Shown one piece after another: positions 36,770 to 49,215 of a stretch of 64,000 nucleotides of DNA. Position 1 is the first letter of the stretch, and each line of letters starts with the position of its first letter. The stretch lies in NCBI GenBank assembly GCA_000182565.2, contig KQ257471.1, one strand, 5' to 3'. Below the pieces are notes generated by a model. The model made no database searches and was not told where the DNA came from. It saw only the letters and a list, made by a program, of their open reading frames with translations. The DNA is from Spizellomyces punctatus DAOM BR117. Its lineage: Eukaryota. The translations under genes and the position numbers were made by a program.

Positions 36770-39700
36770 ATGGCCGATGACCACCTGCTGGGCAATCGGC
36801 AACGAGCTGCTGCCATAGGGTTTTTGCGTAGGCGAGGGACTGAAAGAGTATTGGAGCGTGGTAATGTTTCAAATCAGGGTGCAAACAAGGACCGGGAAGT
36901 GGAATCATCATATACATCCGAAAACGGGATAGTTGGTCCAGCTCCATCAGCCGAGGTTGGTGAACCCATCTTTTACTCTGAGCTTGAAGAAATTCCTGCG
37001 GAACAGCCCACTTTGGCCAGTTCCTCGCAGCAAGTGTATGTCCCACCAGCGCCAACAGCAACACCGTCTCCTTACAATGGCGTGCTTTCGCTTGAGCGAA
37101 TATCTGTAATGCTGCGACGGAAAGAAGACGAGCTTCGACTTCAGAAAGAAGCTGAAGAAATGAATGAAACTACTTTTGAAAGAAAATTGCGGGTTTTGGA
37201 GGAACAGCGGCAGAGAATGCGAGGGGACGCGGAGGAAGCAGACCGACTCGCCCAGAGAACGTTGGCCATAGGCTTTCTTGGAAATAACAGAAGAGTGGGT
37301 AGTCCTCGTGAGGAACTCGAGCGCAGGCCGACTTCACGGGCGGAAGCAGCCGTTACGCATATGGACGAAGATCACGTTCGGGATTGGTCTGTATCACCAA
37401 TCCGTCGATCGCGAACAACACTGGGGCGCAAGCGAAATCTCCACCGACGACATAGTAGCGTAGATACGATTTTAGGTGAAGAAGTGCGGGATATATTAGA
37501 AGGAGAGATATTTTCTGAGCCGGAGCTGGTTGAAGCAGATGTGAGCATAGGAGACGGCACCAATACTGAAGGTCCAGGGTCACTCCGGTCTGATCCGGAC
37601 TTTTTCGAACCATTGAAAGGGGAGAAAGACCAGCTCCGTTCCGGTCGATTCTCCCCGTCCCCGTTTGGAACCTCCGTGCCAATGCATGTCGATCCTGCGA
37701 TGCCCATGCCAAATTTCCCTGTCCGCTCTTCAAGTCGATCGCGGATGCTAGCCCCCCCGAAAATGGAGCGTGCAATCACTATTCCCGGACCTTTATCGCC
37801 TCAGTCGCCTTTGTCTCCTCATTCCCCTCGAGTTCGCCCTGCACAAATGCCCAATTCACTACTTGGATTGCGCGGACGCCTACCCACATCAGTATTCCCG
37901 CAAGATCCAGAAGACGTTGAATATGACGAAAATTGGAGTGATACTGGAGCAAATGAACGGAATCGTGGTCAAGATAATGAAATTGAGCAGACTCCCACCC
38001 AAAATGGTCAAGGGATGGTCTCGCCACCAATGTCACCATCTCGACCGTTACGCCAAAGATCAGAGTCCGAAGTCGCGGTGGACGCCGCACAAGAGTGTGT
38101 GGAAGAGTTCCCCCTCCGTCGTGCCGATGTATCCTATGGCCCTCCGCCCCAAGGTTCGGCCATTCAAGCACCTTCGAACGGCCCATCAGGACGCCAGCAC
38201 CGCGTGGATTTTGCTGAGTCTTCTGCAGAAATCCGAGCGTCACCGCCGCCGGTCACTGGTATCATGCAATCCCGCAAATTTCTTCATCAAGGTCGTGCGT
38301 GGCAAGTTATTACGACAAGTACCGTCAAAGATCGATACCTCTTCTTGTTCAGTGACGTTTTGATCATTGCAAAGCAGCTCAAGGTAGATCAGGATGATCC
38401 AAAACAGTCTATCTATCAAGTCAAGTCGATCATGCCACTGCGTAACGCACAGTTGGTACTGAAGGACGAACGATGGCAGTATAGTCCACGTGCCCCCAGC
38501 CCTGCTGTACAGTCGGCAATTCGGAAGTTTACAACAAATCCGATCAAGGCGATTGCATACCTTATTGCTAAAAGGGCGTTTCCTTGTACACCTGATGCAA
38601 TCGCGCATTTTCTACATGTAACATGGGGGTTGAGCCGGAAACAGTTGGGAAGGTTTCTGGGGATTCCGGAACACCACGACATACTCCAAGGCTTCTTATC
38701 GTTCTTTCCATTCAAGAACCAGAGGTTAGATGAGAGTTTGCGATTGTTTCTCTCTTCCATACGGTTGCCAGGAGAAGGTGCGGTGATAGACGCGATACTG
38801 GACACATTTGCAAAACGCTGGTATCATTGCAACAAGGACGCGGTGGACTATGACGCCCACGTCACTCTAAAGCTTGTGTTTGCCATCATGGAACTTAACG
38901 CTGATCTTCATAACCCATACGCGGATGAGAATAATTCAACGACCATGCGAGAGTTTGTAGATCGATTTCGTACTGGTGTACGTGCCGACGCGGTCGCTGC
39001 GGGATCAGGGGTCTATTCCTCGGGCGTGCCATCAGACGTGTTGGGAGAGATCTATGAAAGCGTCCGACGCGAGAAATTGGAAATGGCGGAATTGGATGGT
39101 GACTTGATGGTCAAGGAGAAAATTTCTGTCGAAGTCGATACTGATTACTTGCAGAGTCGAACGCCCGCCCTTCAGGATACCTTTGCAAGGGACCGAAGGG
39201 TGGCGCAAGACAATGAGTTTACACCTCCTCCATTCCCTTCACGATTAACGCTGAAACATACCTCTCCGCCTATTCTTGTGCGCATTCCATATCCGGACGC
39301 CCATCTTCGCATTCACCTTCATGGACAAGATCTCCAATTCGATCCTCCCGTCCTCGAGTTCGTTCGTTCTAATGTAGCGGTTTTCTACATGCGCGGTTCC
39401 GGATTGGGCCGCAAGCTCGTCTTTTTTACCAAGCGCGGGTCATCAGCAAAACGCTACGCCACCCCTCAAACCCGACAAGTTACCATTGAACCCGCGTTCC
39501 TCCGTCATAGTTTTCAGATCACGTTCCATAGCCACCTGGATGGTATCGCAGGCGATAATTATCAACCACCCTCGTCCGCACCCAGCAAGAAAAAGTATCT
39601 TTTCGCCGTCTCAGACCAACCGACGAGGGAGCAGTGGGTTGCATCTTTTTCCGCTGGCGGAATTGTACCCAACGCTCCTGCTCCCCGCCGTGCACCCACA

Positions 39701-39922
39701 TCCTACTCCCGACGACGAACAAATTCATCGAGCAGCTCGACGTCAACATCGAGCAGCGAAGAAATGGAGGCGATCCAGGAACAGGTGGCCATTCGAGTTC
39801 TAAAAGATTATGTATTGCCAGTGGACGGGAGTCCAATGAGTGCGGAAGGTATTGTGGATGCTGTATTGCGGAATGCTCGGATACCACTCGCATTAGGCTT
39901 TTTGAAGAATCAAGGCTGGTGA
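36770..39922 (+). CDS. Sec7-domain ARF guanine-nucleotide exchange factor with PH elements
   Basis: Intronless ORF; LSRKQLGRFLG, LDESLRLFL, RLPGEG (glutamic finger), FAIMELNADLHN; first in-frame ATG at 36770. Confidence 0.88.
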   Translation: MADDHLLGNRQRAAAIGFLRRRGTERVLERGNVSNQGANKDREVESSYTSENGIVGPAPSAEVGEPIFYSELEEIPAEQPTLASSSQQVYVPPAPTATPSPYNGVLSLERISVMLRRKEDELRLQKEAEEMNETTFERKLRVLEEQRQRMRGDAEEADRLAQRTLAIGFLGNNRRVGSPREELERRPTSRAEAAVTHMDEDHVRDWSVSPIRRSRTTLGRKRNLHRRHSSVDTILGEEVRDILEGEIFSEPELVEADVSIGDGTNTEGPGSLRSDPDFFEPLKGEKDQLRSGRFSPSPFGTSVPMHVDPAMPMPNFPVRSSSRSRMLAPPKMERAITIPGPLSPQSPLSPHSPRVRPAQMPNSLLGLRGRLPTSVFPQDPEDVEYDENWSDTGANERNRGQDNEIEQTPTQNGQGMVSPPMSPSRPLRQRSESEVAVDAAQECVEEFPLRRADVSYGPPPQGSAIQAPSNGPSGRQHRVDFAESSAEIRASPPPVTGIMQSRKFLHQGRAWQVITTSTVKDRYLFLFSDVLIIAKQLKVDQDDPKQSIYQVKSIMPLRNAQLVLKDERWQYSPRAPSPAVQSAIRKFTTNPIKAIAYLIAKRAFPCTPDAIAHFLHVTWGLSRKQLGRFLGIPEHHDILQGFLSFFPFKNQRLDESLRLFLSSIRLPGEGAVIDAILDTFAKRWYHCNKDAVDYDAHVTLKLVFAIMELNADLHNPYADENNSTTMREFVDRFRTGVRADAVAAGSGVYSSGVPSDVLGEIYESVRREKLEMAELDGDLMVKEKISVEVDTDYLQSRTPALQDTFARDRRVAQDNEFTPPPFPSRLTLKHTSPPILVRIPYPDAHLRIHLHGQDLQFDPPVLEFVRSNVAVFYMRGSGLGRKLVFFTKRGSSAKRYATPQTRQVTIEPAFLRHSFQITFHSHLDGIAGDNYQPPSSAPSKKKYLFAVSDQPTREQWVASFSAGGIVPNAPAPRRAPTSYSRRRTNSSSSSTSTSSSEEMEAIQEQVAIRVLKDYVLPVDGSPMSAEGIVDAVLRNARIPLALGFLKNQGW

Positions 39923-40670
39923 AACGGACACACATATTGCACGCATGTTCGGTAAAACTTTTTTGTAATTATGGCACATAGTTTTTTTTTTATCGTGGGG
40001 TAGGGTAGGTAGTGTTGTACACTAGCTTTCTGTAGTTTTTTTTCATGTTTGTATATTGAAAAATATGGCTCGCTTCCAGATGCAAGTTTTTTTTTTTTGT
40101 TTTTGATGGGTGGGTGATCGTGGATAACATTTTGATGACCGGTTCCATCATGGCATTGGATGATTTATTGGAAAAGGCATACGAATCCGCGCCATAAATT
40201 GTTTACGTGAGCTGTGTTACGTGTGTTACCAATGTTACCAACAAGATGGAATCGGAGGTCGCAGCTCTTTTGTATACCTGATTTGATATATTTGTTGAGG
40301 CCTGCTTTTGCTTGTCCACTTTTGGGCAAAAACCATAGTGTTCTGCAGTACACGGATCCTGCGTGAATAGTAATTTTATTTCGGCTGAGTGAGTTACATT
40401 TGTGAAAGTCGACAAAGACATAGTTTTTCCTTGGAGCGCACATAGTTTTCCTTTTCTCAATTGGTGAAAGGTTTACTTTGTAGGTACCCAAGATCACCAA
40501 ATGCACAGACCCCGTTGCCGGTTGTATTCAACAGCAAGAGGAAATTACAGTCAAAAGAAAACAACAGGCTCCTATTATCTGTTCCTAACTGGTCCACTAG
40601 GTAGTTTGAATTTTTGCCTTCTCCTCATAAGCTTTTTCTACGAGAGTAAAAACTACATAGGAACACCCTC

Positions 40671-42854
40671 TCAAATAAATTTCTTGGTTTTTTCCTCTCC
40701 CATCCTCCTAACTACGCTAATGACCCACATGACCAGCATGCCCACCGAAAACCCGATAAATCCAACTACGAGAGGAGAGGACTGTGATGGTGGTGGTGGT
40801 GCTGATGATTGTGACGATCCCTTTTGAAGGTTTTCATCCAATTTGTCGTGTGCGCGGGAGAGGGAGACTGTTGTCTGTGTCCGGTGAATAAAGAATAGTT
40901 AGGACATGCTGTCCTGATCTGTGCGCGTTGTGCGCGAAGATGGACGCACCTTTTGTGACTGTTCTGTTAAGGCACGGATTTCATTTGAAAGTACGTTCAG
41001 CTGTCGTCTGTTGCAAAAACGTCAAGTCTTTGTATGCAAACAGATATACGCGCGCTGTAGAACTTACACAACGTCGTCCAACTTTAAACCGGCTGCGTGG
41101 ATCGCTTCGGTTTGAGTAGTGGCATGAGCAGCCGCCTTTGAGTCGTGCGGAATTTTGGGTTCTCCAATCTTTTCCAAGATGAGATTCAGTGATTCCAGGA
41201 TATGGAACTGGTTTCCTTGTAGTTGCTGGATGACGCTGGGCATATGGGCCTGTTATTGTGGAGAAAAATGTTCAAACCGACATTACGCTTTCGAAAAATG
41301 AACGTCCATTACTAGGCTTACATTGATTGCGTCAGTTGGAGGTTCCGTGTCCCATTGCTTTCGGGTGCTTTCCACAGTATCCTCAATCTTTTTAATCATC
41401 TAAATTGCCAATGACCAAGTTAGTGGTCGTTCTTAAAGCATGCCTTGACCATTTATAGTCCACACACCTTTTTGATATCATCGCTCATTTTGAATTCGTC
41501 CCCTTTAGCAACGTGTTCTTTTTCATGAGGTCGCAGATGTGCCTATAAAGGATCGCGGTATCAGACTACCCTGACATTACTATTAGGTGAATTCCAGAAA
41601 AGTTACCTTGGTTGATTTAGGCTCAAGCTCATATACTTCGAAAGAGTGAATGTCGTGATCGTCTGATAGCCATGAATGCTCATTAACCAATCTGAGCTGC
41701 AAAACGCTGTCCACCAAAGTATACCGTACCAGCGAGATGTGCTTCCGTCGCTGATGACAATCCAAAGTAATAATTTTTAGGCAGATCGATGCCTGCCTGC
41801 TCAAAGCACTGTACAAAACCGTGTCCCCCTTGCCGCAAGTCTATATCGAGCTTCAATTGGGCAAACATGATGAGTGGAAAATACACGCAATGAGCCTAAA
41901 AACACCCTGCGAAGGACAGAGCTTACTCTGATAGTTCTATTCGCATATGTCACACGTGCCCAAGTATGTGCTGGGTCATTACGATAGTCACGGAAACAAG
42001 CGCCTCCAAGAGACGTTGCAAGGTAATCTTTTCGATGAGCCATTTCCTGCTTGCCGTGGTTCATTACCCCGTAAATGAAGGGAGTGTATCTCTACAAGTG
42101 AGGGTAATCTAGTGAGCCCTGTCGCTCCGACAACGTAGCCGATAGATCAAAAGCAAACTCACATTCTCCAGCTGGTCGGCTGTATCAAAGACAATGCCCA
42201 ATCCTGCCTCGTCGAGAATGTTAGACAGCAACCTACAAGCAACAAGACCACCCAATTCTGCACGTACCTTCCCACTTGTCTTCACTTCCGTACATCGGTC
42301 CTATCTGCATTGGCCGTGACGTATACCAAAACGCGAACCCTTCTCCACCAATATACCCACGACCCGTTACAGAAAAGGAGAACAGCACTTGCCATTCACT
42401 ATGCGGATTTGGCTTTTGAGACCAAATTGTTCCCTTAGAGTCTGGTACACTTGGTGTAAGACGAACGTATTCATGGCTCAAAAGTGTCGCTATATAAAGT
42501 GAAGATGTGATGTGATCAGTAAATACACGAGAACTATTGCCTCCCTCCAAAGCCATCCGGAAAAGTTCTTAGCGGCCCTTGAATAGGTAGCGCTAGCCGC
42601 TTCCGCGCGACACAATTCAGCCCAAGCTATAGTTCTCTCCATGTGGGGTACGTACATCCATGATGCTCAAAGAACGGGATCTCAACGTCGTCATACAGAA
42701 AGTACGGCTTCTTAAATGATTGCTTATAGTCGTACCGCTTCGGAACTCCCTCAGGGTCAAGAGGTTTTGTAGGGACATGCTCAAAGGAGGTAGCAAAGGA
42801 CAAGGTCGAGGTCAAAAGCGTTAAAAAAGGTAGGAGAGTAAATGTCCGGCGCAT
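40671..42854 (-). CDS. L-type lectin cargo receptor (ERGIC-53/Emp47/LMAN1 family)
   Basis: Signal peptide, YKQSFKKP, VRLTPS, GGEGFAFWYT, GACFRDYRN, YFGLSSAT..DDHDI, coiled region, TM helix and C-terminal KTKKFI sorting signal. Confidence 0.9.
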
Positions 42855-43792
42855 CTTGATGCAAAGGAATGAGAAATGGGACAGCTACGCGTTTACAGTG
42901 AACAAGAGTGTTGAGGTTTGTCGATTCTTTTCCTTGGATTTTATGACCGACCTTTTGTGATTGCGCCGGTGCAACCGTGATGATGGGGGAGGTGCGGGCA
43001 CTACGACGAACCTCAAACAAATACGATCTCATTGTTGTGTGACTCAGGATTTCGTAAGCCATGTCACGTGATGCTCCGATCAATGCTCAACCAGGTCGTG
43101 CTTGTCTGAGTCCCCATAGTCGAAAGCATACCAGTAACAGCCCTACCCAAAAGTATGACTTTTTGGTAGTAAATCGTCCGGATTGTGCCTTGGTGCCTTA
43201 CGTAGATCTGCCTCCTGTAAGCGAATGGTTGCCCGATATCGGATTTGTTGGGATTTGAGCCTGTTCTATTTTGATGCGACGTTCTATTGTGACATACAGT
43301 ATTTAGTGGACGATGTTCATATTTGGATAAAATATACTTGTTTCCATTATAAGACGAAGCCGGGATAGGATAGGATATCCTGCCACATAAACTATATATC
43401 AAAATGTCGCTTTTTAACTATTTTTACTGGACAGAACACATGTTTCTGGGGTACCAAAAATATGTGCTGGGATTTTGTATCCTATCCAGTCTGCCAGCAT
43501 TCAACTATCCACGATGTTCATTTATCTTCCACATGTTGTCTGATATCCTTAGTGTGACTGAACAGTCAACAGGATGCCAAGTTCCCCTGACCGTTTACAC
43601 ACATTGTCAGTGTCAACGGGTAATGTCATGATTCAAATCGTTAAATGGGGTGGAATATCAAACATGACTGGCATCATAGGAATTCATGATAAGATTTGCC
43701 TTAATTGAAATGTGCTTAACTCTACAGCAAAGAGAGCCTATCAGTCACGGATCTACAAGTTCACACTATGTACAGTTTGTAATGAAAACGCC

Positions 43793-46539
43793 TTAAAACA
43801 ATTTTCTTCCTACAATACCCTTGTTGACTTGCCCAATTCCTTGGACATTTCCGTCTCCAAATACATTCCCAAAGTTATTTACCATCAAAGTGATTCCAGA
43901 TACAAAAGCCTTGCCATCCATAGCGCAATGTGCGCCTTTGGGGGAAGCATCAGCGGTAAACTGCTTGTTGATGGCATCATCGTTCATCCCAGCTGCCGAC
44001 AATTCCTTGCTATACGCTGCCATGGCTTTGTTAAACTCGGGTTTGAGATCGGCAAGTTCGTTTTGCGTGGATTGAAAGTGAACACGGAGGGTCCCTAGGG
44101 CTGCGGGATCCTGGATTTTGACAGCGGGGGCTAGAGCACCACAATTTAAAAGGAAATTGTTGCCCTTGTAGGCGGCTGCAAACTTGGGCATAAAGTATCC
44201 CGATAGTAGGAGGGATCCACCGGAGACACCCGTAAAGCTGACCTTGTTTTTGTCAAAGTTGACAAGTTTAGGGAGCTCGTTTTGGATTAGATCGTTGATG
44301 GCGGCGGAATGAAGAGGTCCTAGGGGACGATCGTTTCCACCTTTTCCACCACCCCAAATGGGCAGATTCCGGCTTTGCGGATTCTTTGGCTGGAAAAAAA
44401 GAAAGGAAGCTGATTAGGTTACTGTTGTTAGGCTTTTTATAGACGACAGAACGGGTACTTACTGCTAAGAGGGCCACACCCATCAGACCATTAGCCGGGG
44501 TCTGGTTCGGGAAAGCCTCAAATGGAGAGCCACCATCGCCGTGAAGCAGCACATTGAGACCCATCAAACCATCGGCGCTGCCATTAGCCCCTCCAACGAG
44601 GAACTGTTCGGGAGCTGCAAGTTTGAAGCGAATAGGGATACCTTGAACCGTGGCTAGTACATCATGATAAAGTCAGTTTAGGGAGAGCCACTAGCGTGTA
44701 TTACAAACATGTCTGCAGCGTACCTGTTTGATCAATGATCTTGACGGCTAGCGTCTTTCCTGCACCAGGGACAGGAAGTGTCCCATTTCCACCGGTTTTA
44801 GCTCCCCCCGGGGTTGTTGTGCCCCCCGGTGTTGCTGGAGTTCCGCCGGTTTTCTTATCTGCTGCCGTGTCGCCGCCTTTCTTTGCTCCTTCCTTTTTCT
44901 TTCCTGCCTCCTTCTTCTTTCCTTTTTGCGCGCCGTCGTTTTTCTTGTCGCCAGGAGTTGGAGGAGTCTTTGCTGGTGGGATGTCACCAGTCTTCTTGTC
45001 GCCAGGAGCTGTAGGGGTTGTGTCGCCAGGGATTCCGCCGGTTTTCTTGTCGCCAGGAGTTGGAGGAATTTTCGCTGGTGGCGTTTCATTGCCCTTCTGG
45101 TCGCCAGGAGCTGTAGGGGTGCCTGGAGCTTCAGCGGTTTTCTTGTCGCCGGAAGTGGGCCCGTCTGGTACTTGTGTCCCATTAGGATTTTCAGGAGTTT
45201 TAGGTGCCGTCTCTCCATTTGGCGTCGTAGGTCCACCAGGTGCTCCAGGTGTTTTCTCCTCCCCTTCATGCCGTTCGTAAATTTGTGCGAAATGGTGTGG
45301 GGCTTTTGCAGCTGCTTGGGGTGTGACGTTATCTGCCGTGGGGCCTGAAGCAAATGCTGCTGCACCAGGATGGTGTGGTGCTTTTGCAGCAGCAGTTTTG
45401 GGTGCCGTCTTTGCATCAGCGGGGTCCGTGGGTGTAGCAGGCGCTGCTGGAGCTTTTACTGTTGCTGCAGGGGGAGTAGCGTTCCCACCTTTTGCACCTT
45501 TTGCACCTTTCGCACCTTTCGCATCTTTCGCATCTTTGGCTGCAGTTGGTGCTGCAGTTTCAGCGGGAGCGTCCGTGTCATCTGTCTCGGCTGCTGCCGC
45601 TGCAGGACTAGGTGCAGCGCCACCAGCTTTAGGAGCTGCTTGAGGTGTGACTTTATCTGCCGCGGGTGCTGCACCACCGTGGTGTGGCGCTTTTCCAGCG
45701 GTCTTGGGTGCCGTCTTTGCATCAGCGGGGGCCGTGGGGGAAGCAGGCGCTGCCGGAGCTTCTACGGTTGCTGGGGCGGGAGCAGCGTCCCCACCTTTCG
45801 TACCTGGCGCATCATTGGCTGCTGTCGGTGCGGCAGTTTCAGCGGGAGCGGCCGTGTCGCCTGTCTCGGCTGCTGCACCTGGCGCCGCCGTGGGACTAGG
45901 TGCAGCACCACCAGACTGAGGAGCTGCTTGGGGTGTGGGTTGCTCTGCCGCGGGGGCCGGAGTAGGTGCTGGACCTGCGGGTGGGTTCGCCGCTGGTTGA
46001 GGGGACGCAGGTGCCGCTGGTACTTGGGGATTATCTCCCGGAACTACCTTGATGATTATCACATTGGGTCCATCCGTAGGCTCCGGCCTCGGGACTGTTT
46101 GAATCGTCATTTTCTGGCCGCCGTCACCTTTTGCGGTGGCTACTGTGACTGGTGCGGGAGGGTTTTGTTCAGGAGGTGGTCCAGGAGGAGGTGGCCCCGG
46201 AGGAGGTACGTTCTGTTCAGGAGGAGGTGGTCCAGGAGGAGGCACATTTTGTCCCGGAGAAGTTTCTGTAGGAGGAGGTGGTCCAGGAGGAGGTGCGTTT
46301 TGACCCGGAGGAGTTTGTGCAGGCGGGGTTTGCCCACCTCCCGCCGCCAAGAACCCCTCCAACAACTTGTTCATCCCATTCGTGAATTGAAGTAACGCAT
46401 TCTTCGTGTTAAGGACATCCTCTGCAAAGTTACGGCGCTTTAGGACGCCTTGACCTGTACGTCGCTGCAGAGGAACTGCATAGACGACAGTCGCGACGCC
46501 TAAAAGCAATAATAAAGGAAAAAGTTTCTTAAAGTGCAT
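43793..46539 (-). CDS. Secreted Pro/Ala/Thr-rich repeat protein with C-terminal putative alpha/beta-hydrolase domain
   Basis: Signal peptide and QRR/KRR sites; exons 46539-44724, 44653-44463, about 44390-43793; NVLLHGDGG, FTGVSGGS, LLNCG, HFQSTQNE, GAHC. Confidence 0.8.
44930..46300 (-). repeat. Coding tandem repeats within the secreted protein
   Basis: PPPGPPPP units (about 46150-46300), two related ~290-330 bp blocks (about 45930-45310), AKG/AKD 9-bp repeats (about 45487-45535), (T/A)PGDKK units (about 44940-45150). Confidence 0.85.
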
Positions 46540-47725
46540 GGTTTACGCTCAAATGCATGAGTGCGTACAATGAATGTTGGTACGGCTTTCCAACAGAACA
46601 GGAGGCGTTCCGTTTGCATCTTGTTTTTATAAGAGGGGCAAGTTGGAGATGGCGACAAAACGGAGAATGGAAACCAAGCATCTCAACGATACAAAGCCGT
46701 GTGTCGAGTGTGTTTCTTGCTTACGGCATGCGCGATCGTGGCGCGTCGATTGGACCGAATCGCGTGTGGGGAACACTAAAAGTGTGACTTTTTCAGAGTT
46801 AAATCTCCTTCTTTCCATAGGGAACTTGTATATTAGGCGATATTTCATCTGCAAAACGTTTTATCGAATTCAATGTGGAGAGGGGATTCCATACATTGCA
46901 ATGCAACATGCATGTCTACACACATACACACAGAAAGTGGAGGTAATGATGCCACCCATTTTCTTGCAACCAGATTCAAAGAACGTTTGACATTCCCTGC
47001 TGATCTCGGGGATGGGTACTTGTAAGTTGCTCGATTTCATACAGCCACCACCATTGTCTGGCTGGGTAGAAATGGACGGTTCTCTTACCGGAGCGCTACC
47101 ATGACGAACAATGTGGTAGATAACAATGTAGGACCAAGAAACGGAAAGTCCAAGTTGATAAAAAGGTGTTTAGGACTATTTTAATAGTGTGGTAACTTTT
47201 TGTGGTCCGTTGAAAACAAAACTAGTAAGAGGCTGGAATGAGTGGACATTAGAAAAGAAATTAAATACAGCAGGTGGGCATTCAGAAACGCTGTCTAGGA
47301 CCACCTTAATCCACCAAAGCAAAAGTAGCCTGACTCGTCCATTCATCACATATCACAGTAGTTGCCAAGCTTGATTCCTACCAATGTCGCAGTGAATAAG
47401 AAAGAAGGATGGCATGAACTGGGACGATAATTCGATACCGCGTTCATAAAGGCCACCAAAAAAGTCGTCGTTAAATGCGACAGGATTCATAATTTCTCTT
47501 TATAATGAGAAAAAGGTGGACGGGTATACATGCCGTGTATAGCAAAACCTATCAGCATTCCAAAGAACACTACAAACAAAACAAAAGTTGTTATATAGAA
47601 CAGATAGAACAAATGGTTGGATCTTCCACTCCAGTGGCATCCCATGTACTCCTGTCTTTTAAAAGCATACGACAATTGTTTTTCTATACCCGTCTTGTAC
47701 AAAGAACTAGACTCCTTACAGCACA

Positions 47726-47932
47726 TTACAAATACCCCAACTTTTTTAACCCCTCCACCATCTCCGCATGCTGCTCAGCTCGTTCCTTTTGTTTCTCTTG
47801 ACTTTTTTTCGAGGGGTTCAACGTCTCGGATTTTGATGAGTCTGGTGGGTTGATGAGGGTTTCGGTGGACTTGAATGAATCTGGTGGGTTGATGAGTGTT
47901 TCGGTGGATTTGGAAGATGGTTTTTTGTTCAT
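47726..47932 (-). CDS. Possible small orphan protein with a 13-aa duplication
   Basis: 68-aa ORF with (S/F)KSTETLINPPDS twice (39-bp repeat), showing the same C-to-G gradient as neighbouring exons. No recognisable homology and the 5' end is uncertain. Confidence 0.3.
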   Translation of the reverse strand: MNKKPSSKSTETLINPPDSFKSTETLINPPDSSKSETLNPSKKSQEKQKERAEQHAEMVEGLKKLGYL

Positions 47933-49215
47933 GTTTTGAAATGTGTAGAGTTTTTTTTTTTGGTGGTGGAATGGGGTTTTTTATAGTGTGCATCTTTACG
48001 GTTTTTTGTTGTTGGTAGAGATTTTGGAATGTAGTGATTGTGGAGGATAATGTCATTTTCATCGCTTTGTTGGATTATGGACGCGAATGTGTTGTGTTGG
48101 AGGAATTGAACGAGTGTATAATGGTATTTTTGTCCTTTTTCTGATATGATTTTGGGATTTTTTTGGTCTTGGTGTGTATGGGATGTGCCTTGATGAAAGT
48201 TCCAGAGGTGTTGTTTTTGGTGTGTTTGTGGCATAGAGTAGCTAAACGTAAATTGATTGACTTTAGCATTATGCACTTGTTTCATTGCTGAAATCTCGTA
48301 CATTGCACGCCGTAATGCTAGCCAGTTTTTAAGCCGCACATTGCATTATGATGCATATACCACATCCATACAATTTTCATGCTGTCCAGATGTGACCTAA
48401 CATCCGCATGATGATAAATGAACTATCGCTCCCTTTTTCATATTTCCAAGAAAAAAACCTTTTTGGTACACTGCTTCTGCTGTAGGAACGTAATGGCAAA
48501 ATACCTGATGACAAACCTGTATCAGCGATACCGTTTGAATTGTTTGAGAGTAAATTGTTTGCACATGGCAAAAGGATATAGAAGAGGCATTATTTTACCA
48601 TATCATCCATGTAAAATCTTAACCCTAAAACAGATATCCAATGCCGACTGTTCAAGGACACTATTCGTGAGTATATTACACGCATTTACGTGAATGCAAG
48701 AGATGTGCCATTACGACATTTGCACTGATAGAATATACTCTTTACGCTTGCATTCGTGTGAGTCGAGTAGAAACCCATGAACTCTTGAATGTAAATGCGG
48801 CGACGAATAAGGATACTCCATAAAGTTTAAAAACGAAAATGGAAACCCCCAACAATGCTCAAGTCTTATTCAACAATGGAATGATATATGTTTTCCTCAC
48901 CAACAAACATCCTCATAAAAAAAAAACGCCTCTTTAACGATAGTTTGAATACGACATGCTTAAAAGGAAGAAACAAGACCACGCGACAGCTATTACCTAA
49001 TACCTTTGTAACGCCATCGACAACGACACAATCGATGACGTCAAGTATTTTTACAGAACACTTGCGTTTATTAGAAGCTGCAAGTGAGATGCTTTAACAT
49101 CCGTATTTTTTGTGTGTTTTTGCTTTTTGGTAGAGTTTGAAACTTGTGTGTTTTTTGTGTCTGTGAGAGATTACATTACTCATTTTGTTATTTTAGAGAT
49201 TGATTGGTTACAAAC

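Noticed and set aside
44735-46395. Long alternative-frame and antisense ORFs (Cys/Arg- or Gly/Ala-rich)
   Set aside because: By-products of GC-rich coding repeats.
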